DNA of 64,000 nucleotides from an uncultured delta proteobacterium. Lineage in GTDB: Bacteria; Myxococcota; UBA727; VGSZ01. Positions 42,202 to 53,913 of this stretch are shown here, piece after piece. The notes under the pieces were generated by a model. It was not told the origin of the DNA. It made no database searches and saw only the letters and a program-made list of their open reading frames with translations. Each line of letters opens with the position of its first letter. Position 1 is the stretch's first letter. The stretch spans positions 1 through 64,000 of the forward strand of contig CAVZJB010000012.1 in the NCBI GenBank assembly GCA_963775425.1. The letters run 5' to 3'. Made by a program: the position numbers and the translations under genes.

Positions 42202-45200
42202 TCACCGCGCGAGCGCGCGCAGGCCATCGGCCTCATGTCGGAGCGCCCGCGCCGAAGCGCCGTCACCGGCGGCGTCGTCGAGGTCGGCGAGGTGCGCGAG
42301 GACCGCGGCCTCGGCGCGCGCGTCGCCGCGGGCGCGGGCGGAGGCGCGCGCGCTCTCGAGGTAGCCGCGCGCGTCGTCGAGGGAGCCGATCCACGCGGCG
42401 TTGAGCCCCAGGTGGACGCGCGCGCGCTCGGCGAAGGCGACGTCGCCGTCGGCCTCGTGGATCTCGAGCGCGCGCAGGAAGAGCGCGCGCGCGCCGGCGA
42501 GGTCGCCGCGGATCTCGGCGCAGCGGCCGAGCTCGAAGTTGGCGCGCGCCGCGAAGCGCACCTCGCCCTCGGCGGTGAACGCGGCGGCCGCGCGCTCGAG
42601 GAGGAGCTCGGCCTCCGCGATGACGCCGCGCTTGAGCGCGATGCGCGCGAGGGTCCACGTGGCCTTGGCCATGCCGGCGGCGTCGGCGGCGCGGCGGGCG
42701 GCGGCGACGGCGCGGCGCGCGTGCACCTCGGCGGCGACGAGCTCGCCCGCGTCGAGGTCGAGGTCGGCGATGTTCCGCTGCAGCAGCGCGGTGAGCCGCG
42801 CGTCGTCGACGAGGTCGAGGGCGAGGAGGTAGTCCGTGCGCGCTGCGTGGACCTTGCCGGCGAGCTTTTCGTGATCGGCGCGGGCCTCGAGGCCGCGCGC
42901 GCGCAGACGCGCGTCGACGCGAGGGCCGGCGCGCGTCACCGCCTCGTCGAGGATGCGCACGTGGCCGGGCGGCGCGAGGCCGCGCGTGTCGCCGGCGTCG
43001 AGGGCCAGCGCGAGCGCGAGCGCTTCGCGCTCGGCCCCGGCGCGGCGCAACAGGACCTCGACGGCGTCCTCGAGCGCGGGGCGCAGCCGGCCGAGGAGGG
43101 CGGCGGCGCGGGCGCGTGCGGCGGCCGCCTCGCGCGCGTTGTCGTCGACGGACTGCGTGGAGGCGGGGTCGAAGCGAGGCCGCGTCGGGCGCGTCGGCGC
43201 CGAGGGATCGGCGAGCGCGCGGCGGTCGACGGCGCGAGGCTCGCCGCGCTCGGGGGCGCGCGGGGGCGCGACGGGCGTGGCCTCGTCGAGCAACGCCGAA
43301 GCGAGCGCGGCCATGGCGTCGGCGTGGGCGGCGCGCGCGGCGTTGAGGGTGCCGCGGCCGGCGAGCTCGTCGAGCGCGCGCTCCCGCACCTGCGGCGCGA
43401 GCGCGTCGCCCGCGAGGGCGCCGGCGGCGCGGAGCGAGGCGACGACGTCGGCGGGGTCGCGCTCGGGCACCAGGGCGTCGACGACGGCGGGGACGAGCGG
43501 GCCGCGGTGCAACGCGAGCCTTAGGAGCGCGGAGCGGTCTTCGTCGCCGAGCTCCTGCAGGCCACCCTCGAGGAGCGCGCCGAGGCCGTCGTCGCCCGTG
43601 CGCCGCTCGAGCTCGGCGACCAGCGCCGGCGCGCGCCGCTCGACGAGCCAGCGCCCGGCGAGCAAGAGCGACGACGGCATCCCGCCGGCGCTGCGCGCGA
43701 CGTCGGCGAGGGCCCGCCACTCGGCCTCGGACCTCGCTCGCGGGGGGCGACGGGTGGCGTCGCCCTCCCCGACGCGCCCTGCGTGTGCCGCGTCGCCGCC
43801 GTCGTCGTCGTGCGCGCGGCCGAGCAGCAACTGCACGGCGGCGCTCGCGAGGATCAGAATCGGCGGAGGCGTCGGCCGGCGGCAGCGGCAGCGGCCCGAC
43901 GTCGATCGCGCGCTCGCCCATCACGCCGAGCGCCGTCGTCGCCGTGGCCACGACGCGCGCCGAGCGGGACAGGGTGCGCGCGAGCGGCACCGCGGCGGCC
44001 CGGATGTCGTCGATGCCGTCGAGGACGACGACGGGCGGCGCTCCCTCGTGCCCTCGCGCCTCGAGCGCGCGCGCGGCGATGGCGGCGGCCCGCTCGATGT
44101 CGTCAGGCAACGTCCCTGCCGGCAGCCCCAACGCGAACGCGAGCAGCGTGACGACGTCGGCGCCGCTCTCCGCGCCGTCGAGCGCCACCACGTAGCCGCC
44201 CCCCTGCTCCGCGGCGATGGCGCGCGCGAGGTGGGACTTGCCCACGCCGACCGGCCCGACGAGCGTCACCAGCCCGCCCCCGGCGAGCGCGCGGCGGGCC
44301 GCCGCTTTCTCGTCGTCACGACCGAGCAGCGGCGGCGGCGTGAGCTGCCGCGGCGGCCGCACCTCGATGGGGCCGAGGTCGACGCTGGTCGGTCCGTCGT
44401 CGAGCCCGGAGCGCGCGAGGAAGACGCGCTCCGGCAGGGTGCGCTCCTGCGACTGCGCCGGCAGCGGCGCGGGGTCGCCCATGCGCTCCCGCACGATCTG
44501 CCCGAGGGCGCGCGCGCCGCCGTGGACGTCGAAGCCGTCGATGCGGCTGAACAACAGTCCGTCGAGGGCTTCGGCCAGCTCGTCGCACGAAGCGAAGCGG
44601 TTGTCGGGGACGGCGGCCAGCGCCTTGTCGATGACGGCGTCGAGCGCCGCGGGCACCCCGCCGACGACGGAGCCGGCGCGCGGCGCGTCGCACGCGAGCA
44701 CCGCCCGCAGCGTCTCGAGGTCGGTGCCGCGGCGAAAGAGCCGCTGCCCCGTCAACAGCTCCCACAGCACCACGCCGAGGGCGAACTGATCCGCGCGGTG
44801 ATCGAAGGGATCGCCGCACACCTGCTCCGGCGCCATGTAGGCGCACTTGCCCTTGAGCGTGCCCGCGTCGGTGAGCGTGGTCTGGCTGCGCGCCTTGGCG
44901 ATGCCGAAGTCGACGACCTTGGCGTGTCCGTCGAGGGTCACGAACAGGTTTTGCGGCGAGACGTCGCGGTGCACGATCTCGAGCGGCTCGCCGTCGAGCG
45001 AGCGCTTCGCGTGCGCGTAGGCGAGTCCCGAGGCGGCGTCGAGGCCGATCTGCACCGCGGCGCCGAGCGGGAGCCGCTCGCCGCGCACCAGGCAGCGCGA
45101 CAGCAGCCGCCCCACGTCGAGGCCTTCGAGGAGCTCCATCGCGATGAACAGCTCGCCCTCGTCGGCGCCGGCCTCGAGGACCTGCACGACGTTCGGGTGG

Positions 45201-45406
45201 CGGAGGTCGGCGGCGATGCGTCCCTCGTCGAGGAACATGTCGGCGAAGCGCTTGCTGCGCGCGAGGTTCGGCAGGATGCGCTTGACGGCGACGAGCTTGG
45301 CGAAGCCCGCGGTGCCCACGAGCTTGGCGAGCCAGAGCTCGGCCATGCCGCCCTCGGCGAGAGGGCGCAGGAGCTCGTAGCGGCCGGACAGGAGGGACGC
45401 GGTCAC
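42202..45406 (-). CDS. Ser/Thr protein kinase - P-loop ATPase - TPR protein; frameshift at about 43858
   Basis: LAEGGMAEL, VAVKRI, HRDVSPQN, DFGIAK, YMAPEQ; Walker A GPVGVGKS; VVLDGID. The TPR tail in ORF 42202..43836 joins on removing one base in CAGAATC 43855-43861. Confidence 0.85.
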
Positions 45407-45524
45407 GCTGCGGTCGAGCCTACGGCGATCGACCGACGAGGGGCGACATGTTGCATCCGTAGTCGCACCGAGCACGGCCCCCGCGCCACGCCGACAACCC
45501 ACTTGTTCGGAGGAGGATCTCGTC

Positions 45525-46763
45525 ATGGCACTCGGACTTCCCATCTCGACCGGCGGCAAGGATCTCGAGCAGCTCCTGATGGAGGCCGAGGACTCGATGC
45601 GCCGCGCCGACCAGGCGAACGCCCAGAAGAAGTCGCAGCAGGCGGGCAACTGCGGCGGCAGCGACGGCTGTGGGAACCAGCAGCAACAGCACGGCGCGCA
45701 GAGTCCGGGGCAGAGCCCCGCGCCCGCGCAGGTGCCGCAGCGCCAGGCGCCCGACGTCGCCGCGCAGCAGGCCGCGCGCCGCGCCGTCACGGCCGGCGAG
45801 CAGGATCAAAAGAGCCGCTGTGGCATCTGCCCGTCACCGGTCCCCCCCGAGACGAACAAGCCCACCGCGCCGAGCGAGCTCCAAAAGGCCCTCGAGGCGT
45901 CGACCAGGAAGGCGGTGCCCGCGAGCGTCAACGCCAACGCGCAGGCGCCCGCGAAGACGGCGACGCCGCAGGCGCCCGCGCCGCCGACGCCGCCGCAAGA
46001 TCCGACGTCGCAGGCGCGCACGCCTCGGCCCCAGGCGCTCGCGCAGGCGCAGACCGCGAACCGTCCGGATCGCATCCTGCGGCGCGGCGACTCCGGCGAG
46101 GACGTGCGTGACCTGCAGAAGCAGCTCAACGCGCAAGGCGCCAAGCTCGAGGAGGACGGCAAGTTCGGGCCGAAGACGTTGGCGGCGCTCAGCAAGTTCC
46201 AGCGTTCGCAGGGCATGCGCGCCGACGGCTCCGCGGGTCCGCGCACGCGCGAGGCGCTCAAGACCGCGAAGCCGACGCCGCGCCCGCCGACGTCGGGCAG
46301 CGATCGCACGAGCGGCACCGATCGCACGCAGGAGCCCCAGGCGACGTCCGGGAACCCACCGAACAAGTCCGCCAGGATCGATCAGGTCAGTCACTCCGGC
46401 GCACGCAACCAGATGATCGCCGGCAAGATCACGGTCAACGGCCACACCTATTCGTTCAAGAGCGGCGGCCACGCGCGCGGCAGCCTGCCCAAGGGCGACT
46501 ACACCGTGAGCAACCTGCGCAGCACAAGCCAGGCGGGCATGGTGAAGGACGGCGTGGGCTTCAAGGCCGACCTGAGCAACAAGTACGACGCGCGCGTGCA
46601 CGACACCCGCAGCGCGCTGCGCATCCACCCCGACGGCGGGAGCGCCGGCACCAGCGGCTGCCTCGGCATCGAGGGCAACGCCGCGACGCTGCGCCAGTTC
46701 CGCGCCGACCTCGCCGCGGAGATCAAGCGCAACGGCGGCAGCTTCACGCTGCACATCGGTTGA
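45525..46763 (+). CDS. Peptidoglycan-binding protein with C-terminal L,D-transpeptidase-fold (YkuD/Tlde1-like) domain
   Basis: GGAGGA RBS; LRRGDSGEDVRDLQKQL...DGKFGPKT...FQ...DGSAGPRT; SGG...LPKGDY...LRIHPDGGSAGTSGCLGI (His/Cys). Confidence 0.8.
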   Translation: MALGLPISTGGKDLEQLLMEAEDSMRRADQANAQKKSQQAGNCGGSDGCGNQQQQHGAQSPGQSPAPAQVPQRQAPDVAAQQAARRAVTAGEQDQKSRCGICPSPVPPETNKPTAPSELQKALEASTRKAVPASVNANAQAPAKTATPQAPAPPTPPQDPTSQARTPRPQALAQAQTANRPDRILRRGDSGEDVRDLQKQLNAQGAKLEEDGKFGPKTLAALSKFQRSQGMRADGSAGPRTREALKTAKPTPRPPTSGSDRTSGTDRTQEPQATSGNPPNKSARIDQVSHSGARNQMIAGKITVNGHTYSFKSGGHARGSLPKGDYTVSNLRSTSQAGMVKDGVGFKADLSNKYDARVHDTRSALRIHPDGGSAGTSGCLGIEGNAATLRQFRADLAAEIKRNGGSFTLHIG

Positions 46764-46775
46764 ACGTGGTGCGCC

Positions 46776-47252
46776 TCAGGCGCCCCGCTTGGCCTCGAAC
46801 GCGTCCAGGCCCGCGCGCGCCGTCGCCTGCACCTTCTTGCGCAGGAACGGCGCCCAGCCGAGCAGCACACCGGGGGCGCCGAGCGCCTGTCGCGACCAGC
46901 GCCAGAAGCTGAAGGTGTCCTTGTGCGTCGCGATCTTTCCGTCGCGGAACGTGAAGCGCGCGTCGATGCTGTTGTGCACGCGGCGGCCGGTGGCCTGGAA
47001 CGTGTAATACGCGTCCCAGTGGGCGGATCCCGACGTGTCGTCGGCGACGACGTCGCGCGTCTCCAGGCGCAGATCCTTGCCGCGCTCGCAGAGCATCCGC
47101 CACATGTTGCGTGCGCGCTCGCCCTTGAGGCCGGGGAAGACCTCGTCGGAGAAGTCGACGTCGTCGGCGTAGCAGGCGGCCATGCCGTCACCGTCGTGCG
47201 CGTTGAACGCGGCGTAGAAGCGCTCGATGAGCGCGGCGTTGTCGTGGGCCAT
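46776..47252 (-). CDS. SnoaL/NTF2-like protein
   Basis: NAALIERFYAAFNAHDGDGMAACYADDVDFSD...MWRML...TGRRVHN...HKDTFSFWRWSRQALG. Confidence 0.9.
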   Translation of the reverse strand: MAHDNAALIERFYAAFNAHDGDGMAACYADDVDFSDEVFPGLKGERARNMWRMLCERGKDLRLETRDVVADDTSGSAHWDAYYTFQATGRRVHNSIDARFTFRDGKIATHKDTFSFWRWSRQALGAPGVLLGWAPFLRKKVQATARAGLDAFEAKRGA

Positions 47253-47363
47253 GCCCGACAGATACGACGGCGCGGTCGCGCCGTCTCGGGCGTTTGACCG
47301 AGGCCGATCCACCCCCGCGCACACGACGAGAGAGCCGCCGCCCACGACGGCGATAACGACGGC

Positions 47364-48551
47364 ATGCCTGCCATCGGACCCACCAACGCAAACGGGGCCT
47401 CCTCGGCCTCGGCCACCACGACGACCCCGGACGGTGGCGGCAGCCCCGCGGTCGAGACCAGGCTCCACAAGCTCCAGGACGAATTCGACGGGAAGGGCGC
47501 CACCCGCCACGCCGAGAAGATGCTCAAAAAGCTCGGCTTTCACCCCGGCGCCGTCGACACGCACTACAGCGCGCGCACCGAGGCCGCGGTGGAGCAGTTC
47601 CAGCGCGCCGCCGGCCTCCACGCGACCGGCGCCCTCGACGCGCGCACGCTGCACGCGATGCGCAAGGCCGCGGAGCACAAGGCCAAGGGCGTCGAGGCGC
47701 CGGGCCAGAAGAGCAAGGCCGTGGCGCAGGAGGAGCGGCGCCTCAAGCGGCAGGGCTATCACCCCGGCAAAGCCGACGGCGTCTACGACCAGCAGACCGC
47801 CGCCGCGGTGCGCGCGTTCAAGCACGACCAGGGCATCAAGGGCCACACGCGCGCGGCGCAGGACGTGCTCGGCAAGAACGCGCGCAAGAAGCTCGACGCC
47901 GCCGGCGGGGCGACGAAGCGAGCGGAGCAGCAGCTCAAGAAGCTGGGCTTTCACCCCGGCGCCGTCGACGGCAAGTACACGCGCAACACGCAGCGCGCCG
48001 TCGACGCGTTCCGCAAGAAGCACCACATGCGCGGCGTCGGCAAGCACGCCACCCCGGGCACGCTTCGCGCCATCCGCAAGGCGTACCAGAACAAGGTCGG
48101 CGGCCGCGTCGCCAGGCGCGAGATGAAGAACCTCGAGCGCGTGGCGCAGGCGGGCGCGCAGGGGAAGCGCCCGATGGGCCGCTGCCTGTTCGCCGTGCAG
48201 AACTACCTCGACCGCGTCACCTACGGGAAAGGCAAGGTGCCGCGCCTGCCCTACGCCCACGACTACGCCGACTACCTGAACAGCGGGCACAACGCGAAGC
48301 GCCTCGGGCTCAAGAAGCTCAACATCCACAACCCGTACGCCGCGCCGCCGGGCGCCATCATCGTCGTGCGCGCAGGGACGCCGGGCACGAGCCACCCGAC
48401 GGCGGGTGACATCGTCGTGCGTGGCCACGGCAGCCACCTCTACAACGACGGCGAGATGTCCTACGGCGGCCCCGGCAACTTCCCACCGGGCAACAACTAC
48501 GTCCTCGGCGTCTACGTCCCGGCCGGCTACCGCTCGCACGGCAAGCGCTGA
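47364..48551 (+). CDS. Protein with three peptidoglycan-binding domains and a C-terminal CHAP/NlpC-like amidase-type domain
   Basis: Three LGFHPGAVDG.Y...T..AV..F repeats; MGRCLFAVQNYL...PGAIIVV...HPTAGDIVV...LYNDG. Confidence 0.78.
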   Translation: MPAIGPTNANGASSASATTTTPDGGGSPAVETRLHKLQDEFDGKGATRHAEKMLKKLGFHPGAVDTHYSARTEAAVEQFQRAAGLHATGALDARTLHAMRKAAEHKAKGVEAPGQKSKAVAQEERRLKRQGYHPGKADGVYDQQTAAAVRAFKHDQGIKGHTRAAQDVLGKNARKKLDAAGGATKRAEQQLKKLGFHPGAVDGKYTRNTQRAVDAFRKKHHMRGVGKHATPGTLRAIRKAYQNKVGGRVARREMKNLERVAQAGAQGKRPMGRCLFAVQNYLDRVTYGKGKVPRLPYAHDYADYLNSGHNAKRLGLKKLNIHNPYAAPPGAIIVVRAGTPGTSHPTAGDIVVRGHGSHLYNDGEMSYGGPGNFPPGNNYVLGVYVPAGYRSHGKR

Positions 48552-48621
48552 ACGCGTCCCTGCGCGGGACGCCGGACCCGCGTCACGCCGCCTGCCGGTC
48601 CCGCGCGCTAGGGTGGGTGTC

Positions 48622-49656
48622 ATGCGAGCGCGCTCGCCCGCCGTCGAGCCCGAACAGCCGCCTGTCCCGGAGGCGCTGCCCATGAAGGCGCTCGCCCACA
48701 TCGACATCGTGCGCGACGAGGAGCGGCCGGTCGCCGCGCGGCGCCGTGCCCTTCGTGTCCTCGAGCGCACGGAGCGCAAGCACCGCGGCGAGGTCGCGCG
48801 CCACCTCACGCCCGCGCTCTCCGCGGCCCCGGACCTCGCCGGCGAGGTGCATGTCGCGCTCCTCGTCCTCGACCCCGACCTCGCCGTCGGGCGCGACGAC
48901 AGCGGGCGCTTCGTCGCCGCGGCGCTGCCGCTGCGCGCGTGCGCCGACGACGGCGTCGGCGGCCGCGTAGACGCCGCCATCGGCCGCGTCGTCGGCCTCG
49001 ACGCCCTCGCGCGGCTCTTCCAGGCCGAGGAGGCCATGCCCGCGTTCCTCGCGCCGCCGGAGCGACCGGCGCCCGCGCCGTACCGCCCGCCGCCCGAGGT
49101 CCTCGAGGCGCGCCGCCTCGAGGCCGCGTTCGTCGATGCGCAGCGGCTGCGGCGCGAGAAGCTCGCGATCCTCGGCCTCGAGCCCGAGGACCTCGACGAC
49201 GATCCGCCGCTCAAGCCCGCGCGCGTCGCGCGGCACAAGGCGCCGATCGTCGCCTACGTCGACGACGACCGCCCCGCCGCCATCACCGTCGGCGCCGCGA
49301 GCGCGGAGCGCCGCGTCGAGCTCGGCCGCGCGCACCCCGGCGCCTGGTGGGCCGCCGAGCGCTCCGGCGATCACCGCGGCGCGCGTCGCTTCCACCTGCG
49401 CCTCGATCGCAACGCGCCGCCGGAGCGCGCCGCCGTGCGCCGCGAGCGCTCGCTGCCCGGCGGCGACGGGCCCGTCGAGCTCACGCTCGGCACGGTCCAC
49501 ATCGAGCGGGACCTCGACGGACGCGGCGCGGTGGTGTGGGTCGAGGAGGAGGACGGCCTCGTCGTGGCGGTGACGCTCACCTGGTCGTCATGGGGCGCGC
49601 TGCGGGCGAGCGAGTCCAAGCCCGGGCCCACCGCGCCGGCGCGCGGCAGCCGCTGA
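48622..49656 (+). CDS. Hypothetical protein
   Basis: Long open frame with host-like codon usage; no recognised motif. Confidence 0.55.
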   Translation: MRARSPAVEPEQPPVPEALPMKALAHIDIVRDEERPVAARRRALRVLERTERKHRGEVARHLTPALSAAPDLAGEVHVALLVLDPDLAVGRDDSGRFVAAALPLRACADDGVGGRVDAAIGRVVGLDALARLFQAEEAMPAFLAPPERPAPAPYRPPPEVLEARRLEAAFVDAQRLRREKLAILGLEPEDLDDDPPLKPARVARHKAPIVAYVDDDRPAAITVGAASAERRVELGRAHPGAWWAAERSGDHRGARRFHLRLDRNAPPERAAVRRERSLPGGDGPVELTLGTVHIERDLDGRGAVVWVEEEDGLVVAVTLTWSSWGALRASESKPGPTAPARGSR

Positions 49657-49657
49657 A

Positions 49658-49962
49658 AGGCTGACGAAAAAAAATAGGGCTCGTAGCAGCACTCGGCGAA
49701 GCCGCCCACAAGGTGGCTCGCCGCGCGGAGTACGTGGCGAGGCACGTCGGCGCGCAAGAACGCCGTGATCGACGCGGAACCTGGCGATGACGTCGTGACT
49801 CGGGCGCAGATCGCCGACGATAAAACGGAAGGCGTCGTCGTTCGTCGTCAGCCGCGCGATCTCCCGGGCGCTCCCGATCCCTTGGCCTATCCTGTCCGCC
49901 GTGTGGCCGTAGCACCGTCCCCTTCCGGGTGGCTCGGATCAACGGTCCATCGGGCCAGCCCT
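49658..49962 (-). mobile_element. Internally deleted IS1182-family element (mosaic of left end, transposase fragment and right end)
   Basis: Terminal AGGCTGACG at 49658; blocks match 25568-25609, about 39213-39343 and about 39012-39050 in reverse orientation. Confidence 0.8.
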
Positions 49963-49968
49963 CGTCGT

Positions 49969-49987
49969 GGACGAGCCCCCGCCCTAC
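49969..49987 (-). repeat. Truncated GTAG-type REP-like palindrome overlapping the atpC stop codon
   Basis: Minus strand GTAGGGCGGGGGCTCGTCC; the TAG is the atpC stop. Confidence 0.55.
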
Positions 49988-50382
49988 TTGATGAGGGTGA
50001 GCTCGGCGGCGGCGCGGTCGACCTCGGCGCGGAGGAGCTGGAAGGTCTCGTCCTCGGTGGAGACGGCGCCGAGCTGCTTGAGCTTCTGCTCGGCGTCGTA
50101 GAGCGCCTTGTTGGCGTGCTCGCGGACGACCTCGCCGGCCAACGAAGCGCTCTCGCACATCACCGTGATGTTGTTGGCGTCGACCTCGACGAAGCCGCCC
50201 GACACCATGAGCTTCACCAGCTCGTTGTTGCGGCGGAACGAGAGGATGCCGGTGCCGAGCGCGCTCAGGAACGCCTCGTGGTCCGGCAGCACCTCGAACT
50301 CGCCCTCGACGCCGGGGATGACGACGTCGGTGGTCTCGCCCACGATGACGCGGCGGTCGGGGGTGACGATGTCGAGGTTCAT
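49984..50382 (-). CDS. atpC: ATP synthase F1 epsilon subunit
   Basis: LDIVTPDR...PGVEGEFEVLPDH...VSGGFVEV; directly after atpD. Confidence 0.95.
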   Translation of the reverse strand: MNLDIVTPDRRVIVGETTDVVIPGVEGEFEVLPDHEAFLSALGTGILSFRRNNELVKLMVSGGFVEVDANNITVMCESASLAGEVVREHANKALYDAEQKLKQLGAVSTEDETFQLLRAEVDRAAAELTLIK

Positions 50383-50384
50383 GC

Positions 50385-51938
<1,554 letters not shown>

Positions 51939-52251
51939 TCAAGAGGCCAGACGGGGCGAAGAGGGACCTGCGGCAGCTTGCCGCGGTAAGGGCCGCATCG
52001 CCGCCGGCTTCGTTGCTCGTCGGTCACGTGGCGACGGCCACGGCGCGCCTCTCGACAACGCCGCCCCGCAGACGGTCATCGCGCTCTTCGTCGCCGCGCA
52101 GCAGCTTCACCGGGCGCTTCGTCCAGCCGCGGCGCGCGCGCGGTGACCGCGCAGCCGGACGCCGGGATCACGCGGCGCTCCACACCTTGCGTCCCTACCA
52201 GGCTTCAGACGGGGCGAGCTGCTCCTGACTGGAGCTCGAAGGGGGTCACGA

Positions 52252-53907
52252 ATGAAGAGTCAGATCGAATGGCCATGTTCTCTCATCTGCATGATCTTCT
52301 TCCAGGCCATCGTGCTCTGGAGCGGACATGCATACGCGCTGGACAAGTCGGAGCCGGACTACGACCTCAAGCTGTTCGGCAAGTACGTCTTCTTCGACAA
52401 GATTTCGGAGCCGGCCGGCGTGATGGGGTGCGTCACGTGCCACACGCCGGAGACGGGTGGCACCAACGGCGACTCGGACGTCAACCTGCACCAGGTGGCG
52501 ATCACGGGCGCCAACCCCGCGACGGTGGGCAGCCTCAAGCCGCCGTCGAACGCGTACGCGAGCCTGGTCCCTGAGCTGTTCGACTGCGGGCTCGGCGGCG
52601 TTCGCGTGAACGGCATCGGCTTTTGCGGCGGCAACTTCTGGAACGGTCGCGCCGAGGGGATCGCCGCCGCGCTGCCGGGCGGCACCAAGCACATCGGCGA
52701 CGAGGTGTTCCAGGGCCGGCCGTGGAGCGATCCCGTGCGCGCGTACGCCGCGTACTTCGGGCCGACGTCGGACCAGGCGTTGAACCCCTTCGTCAACCCC
52801 GTCGAGCAGAACAACGCCTCGCGCCAGGCGGTGTGCGAGCACGTCGAGCACGCGCCGTACCTCGACCTCTACGAGATGGCCTGGGGCGAGCCCATCGACT
52901 GCAGCGACACCCCCGTCGCCATCCACGGCGACGACGTCGACGGCGAGCTCGCCTACGACATCAGCTTCAAGCGCATCGCGCTCGCCATCGGTGCGTGGCA
53001 GCACTCGGCGGAGCTCAACTCGTTCAGCTCCAAGCGCGACCGCGCGTTGCGGCAGGAGCTCGCGTGCATCGACGGGGGCCAGGGCGAATTCGCCGCGTAC
53101 TACGACCCGTGGGTCTGCGCGGCGGAGCCGGCCGACAACTGGGGGAAGTTCCCGCTCGTGGGATTCACAGAGCAGGAGAACTACGGTCATGACCTCTTCT
53201 ACAATACGAATTTCCCGCCCATCCCCGGGCGCTCTCCACCGCATCCCGAGCTGCCGGTGACCAACTGCTCATTTTGTCACTTGAGCGACGAGAATCACCC
53301 GGATGGAACCGGACTCTTCGAGCGCTATGCCGACGACTCGTACCACAACATCGGCATCCCGGTGAACCCGGAGCTGCCGGCGGACCCGGACCCGGGCATC
53401 AGCGGGCACGCGGAGCTCGCGCCGCCCGACAGCGCCGGCGGCTTCAGGATCCCGACGCTGCGCAACGTCGACAAGCGCCCGTACGACTGCTTCGTGAAGG
53501 CCTACGGCCACAACGGCTGGTTCAAGAGCCTCGAGAGCATCGTGCACTTCTACAACACGTCGCAGTCGCTCCCGCGCTGCGAGACCGTGATCGCCTACCC
53601 GGGTCCCTACACCGAGCAGGAGGCCCTGGCGAACGACTGCTGGCCGCAGGCCGAGTGGCCGGCGACGGTGGCGACGTCGTTGTTGCTCGGCCGCATCGGC
53701 ATGACGCCGGATCAGGAGGCGGCGGTGGTGGCGTACCTGAAGACGCTCACCGATCGCGAGACCGTTCAACCGCCGCGGCCGTACCACCCGTCCCATCGTC
53801 ACGAGGACCACGACCAGCACGGCGATCACGGAGCGCACGGAGCGCACGACCATCACCACCACCACCACGACGACGACGACCGCCGGGGCCGGCCCTTCGG
53901 CCGCTGA
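52252..53907 (+). CDS. Di-heme cytochrome c peroxidase/MauG-superfamily protein with His-rich tail
   Basis: GKYVFFD; CVTCH; FWNGRA; QALNPFVNPVEQ; CSFCH; FRIPTLRNV; YGHNGWFKSLESIVHFYN; VVAYLKTLTD; poly-His C-terminus; signal-peptide-like N-terminus. Confidence 0.88.
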   Translation: MKSQIEWPCSLICMIFFQAIVLWSGHAYALDKSEPDYDLKLFGKYVFFDKISEPAGVMGCVTCHTPETGGTNGDSDVNLHQVAITGANPATVGSLKPPSNAYASLVPELFDCGLGGVRVNGIGFCGGNFWNGRAEGIAAALPGGTKHIGDEVFQGRPWSDPVRAYAAYFGPTSDQALNPFVNPVEQNNASRQAVCEHVEHAPYLDLYEMAWGEPIDCSDTPVAIHGDDVDGELAYDISFKRIALAIGAWQHSAELNSFSSKRDRALRQELACIDGGQGEFAAYYDPWVCAAEPADNWGKFPLVGFTEQENYGHDLFYNTNFPPIPGRSPPHPELPVTNCSFCHLSDENHPDGTGLFERYADDSYHNIGIPVNPELPADPDPGISGHAELAPPDSAGGFRIPTLRNVDKRPYDCFVKAYGHNGWFKSLESIVHFYNTSQSLPRCETVIAYPGPYTEQEALANDCWPQAEWPATVATSLLLGRIGMTPDQEAAVVAYLKTLTDRETVQPPRPYHPSHRHEDHDQHGDHGAHGAHDHHHHHHDDDDRRGRPFGR

Positions 53908-53913
53908 GGCGCC

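Noticed and set aside
46776-47252. NTF2-like gene as immunity protein for the flanking wall hydrolases
   Set aside because: It is on the opposite strand, cytoplasmic, and belongs to a widespread conserved SnoaL-like family.
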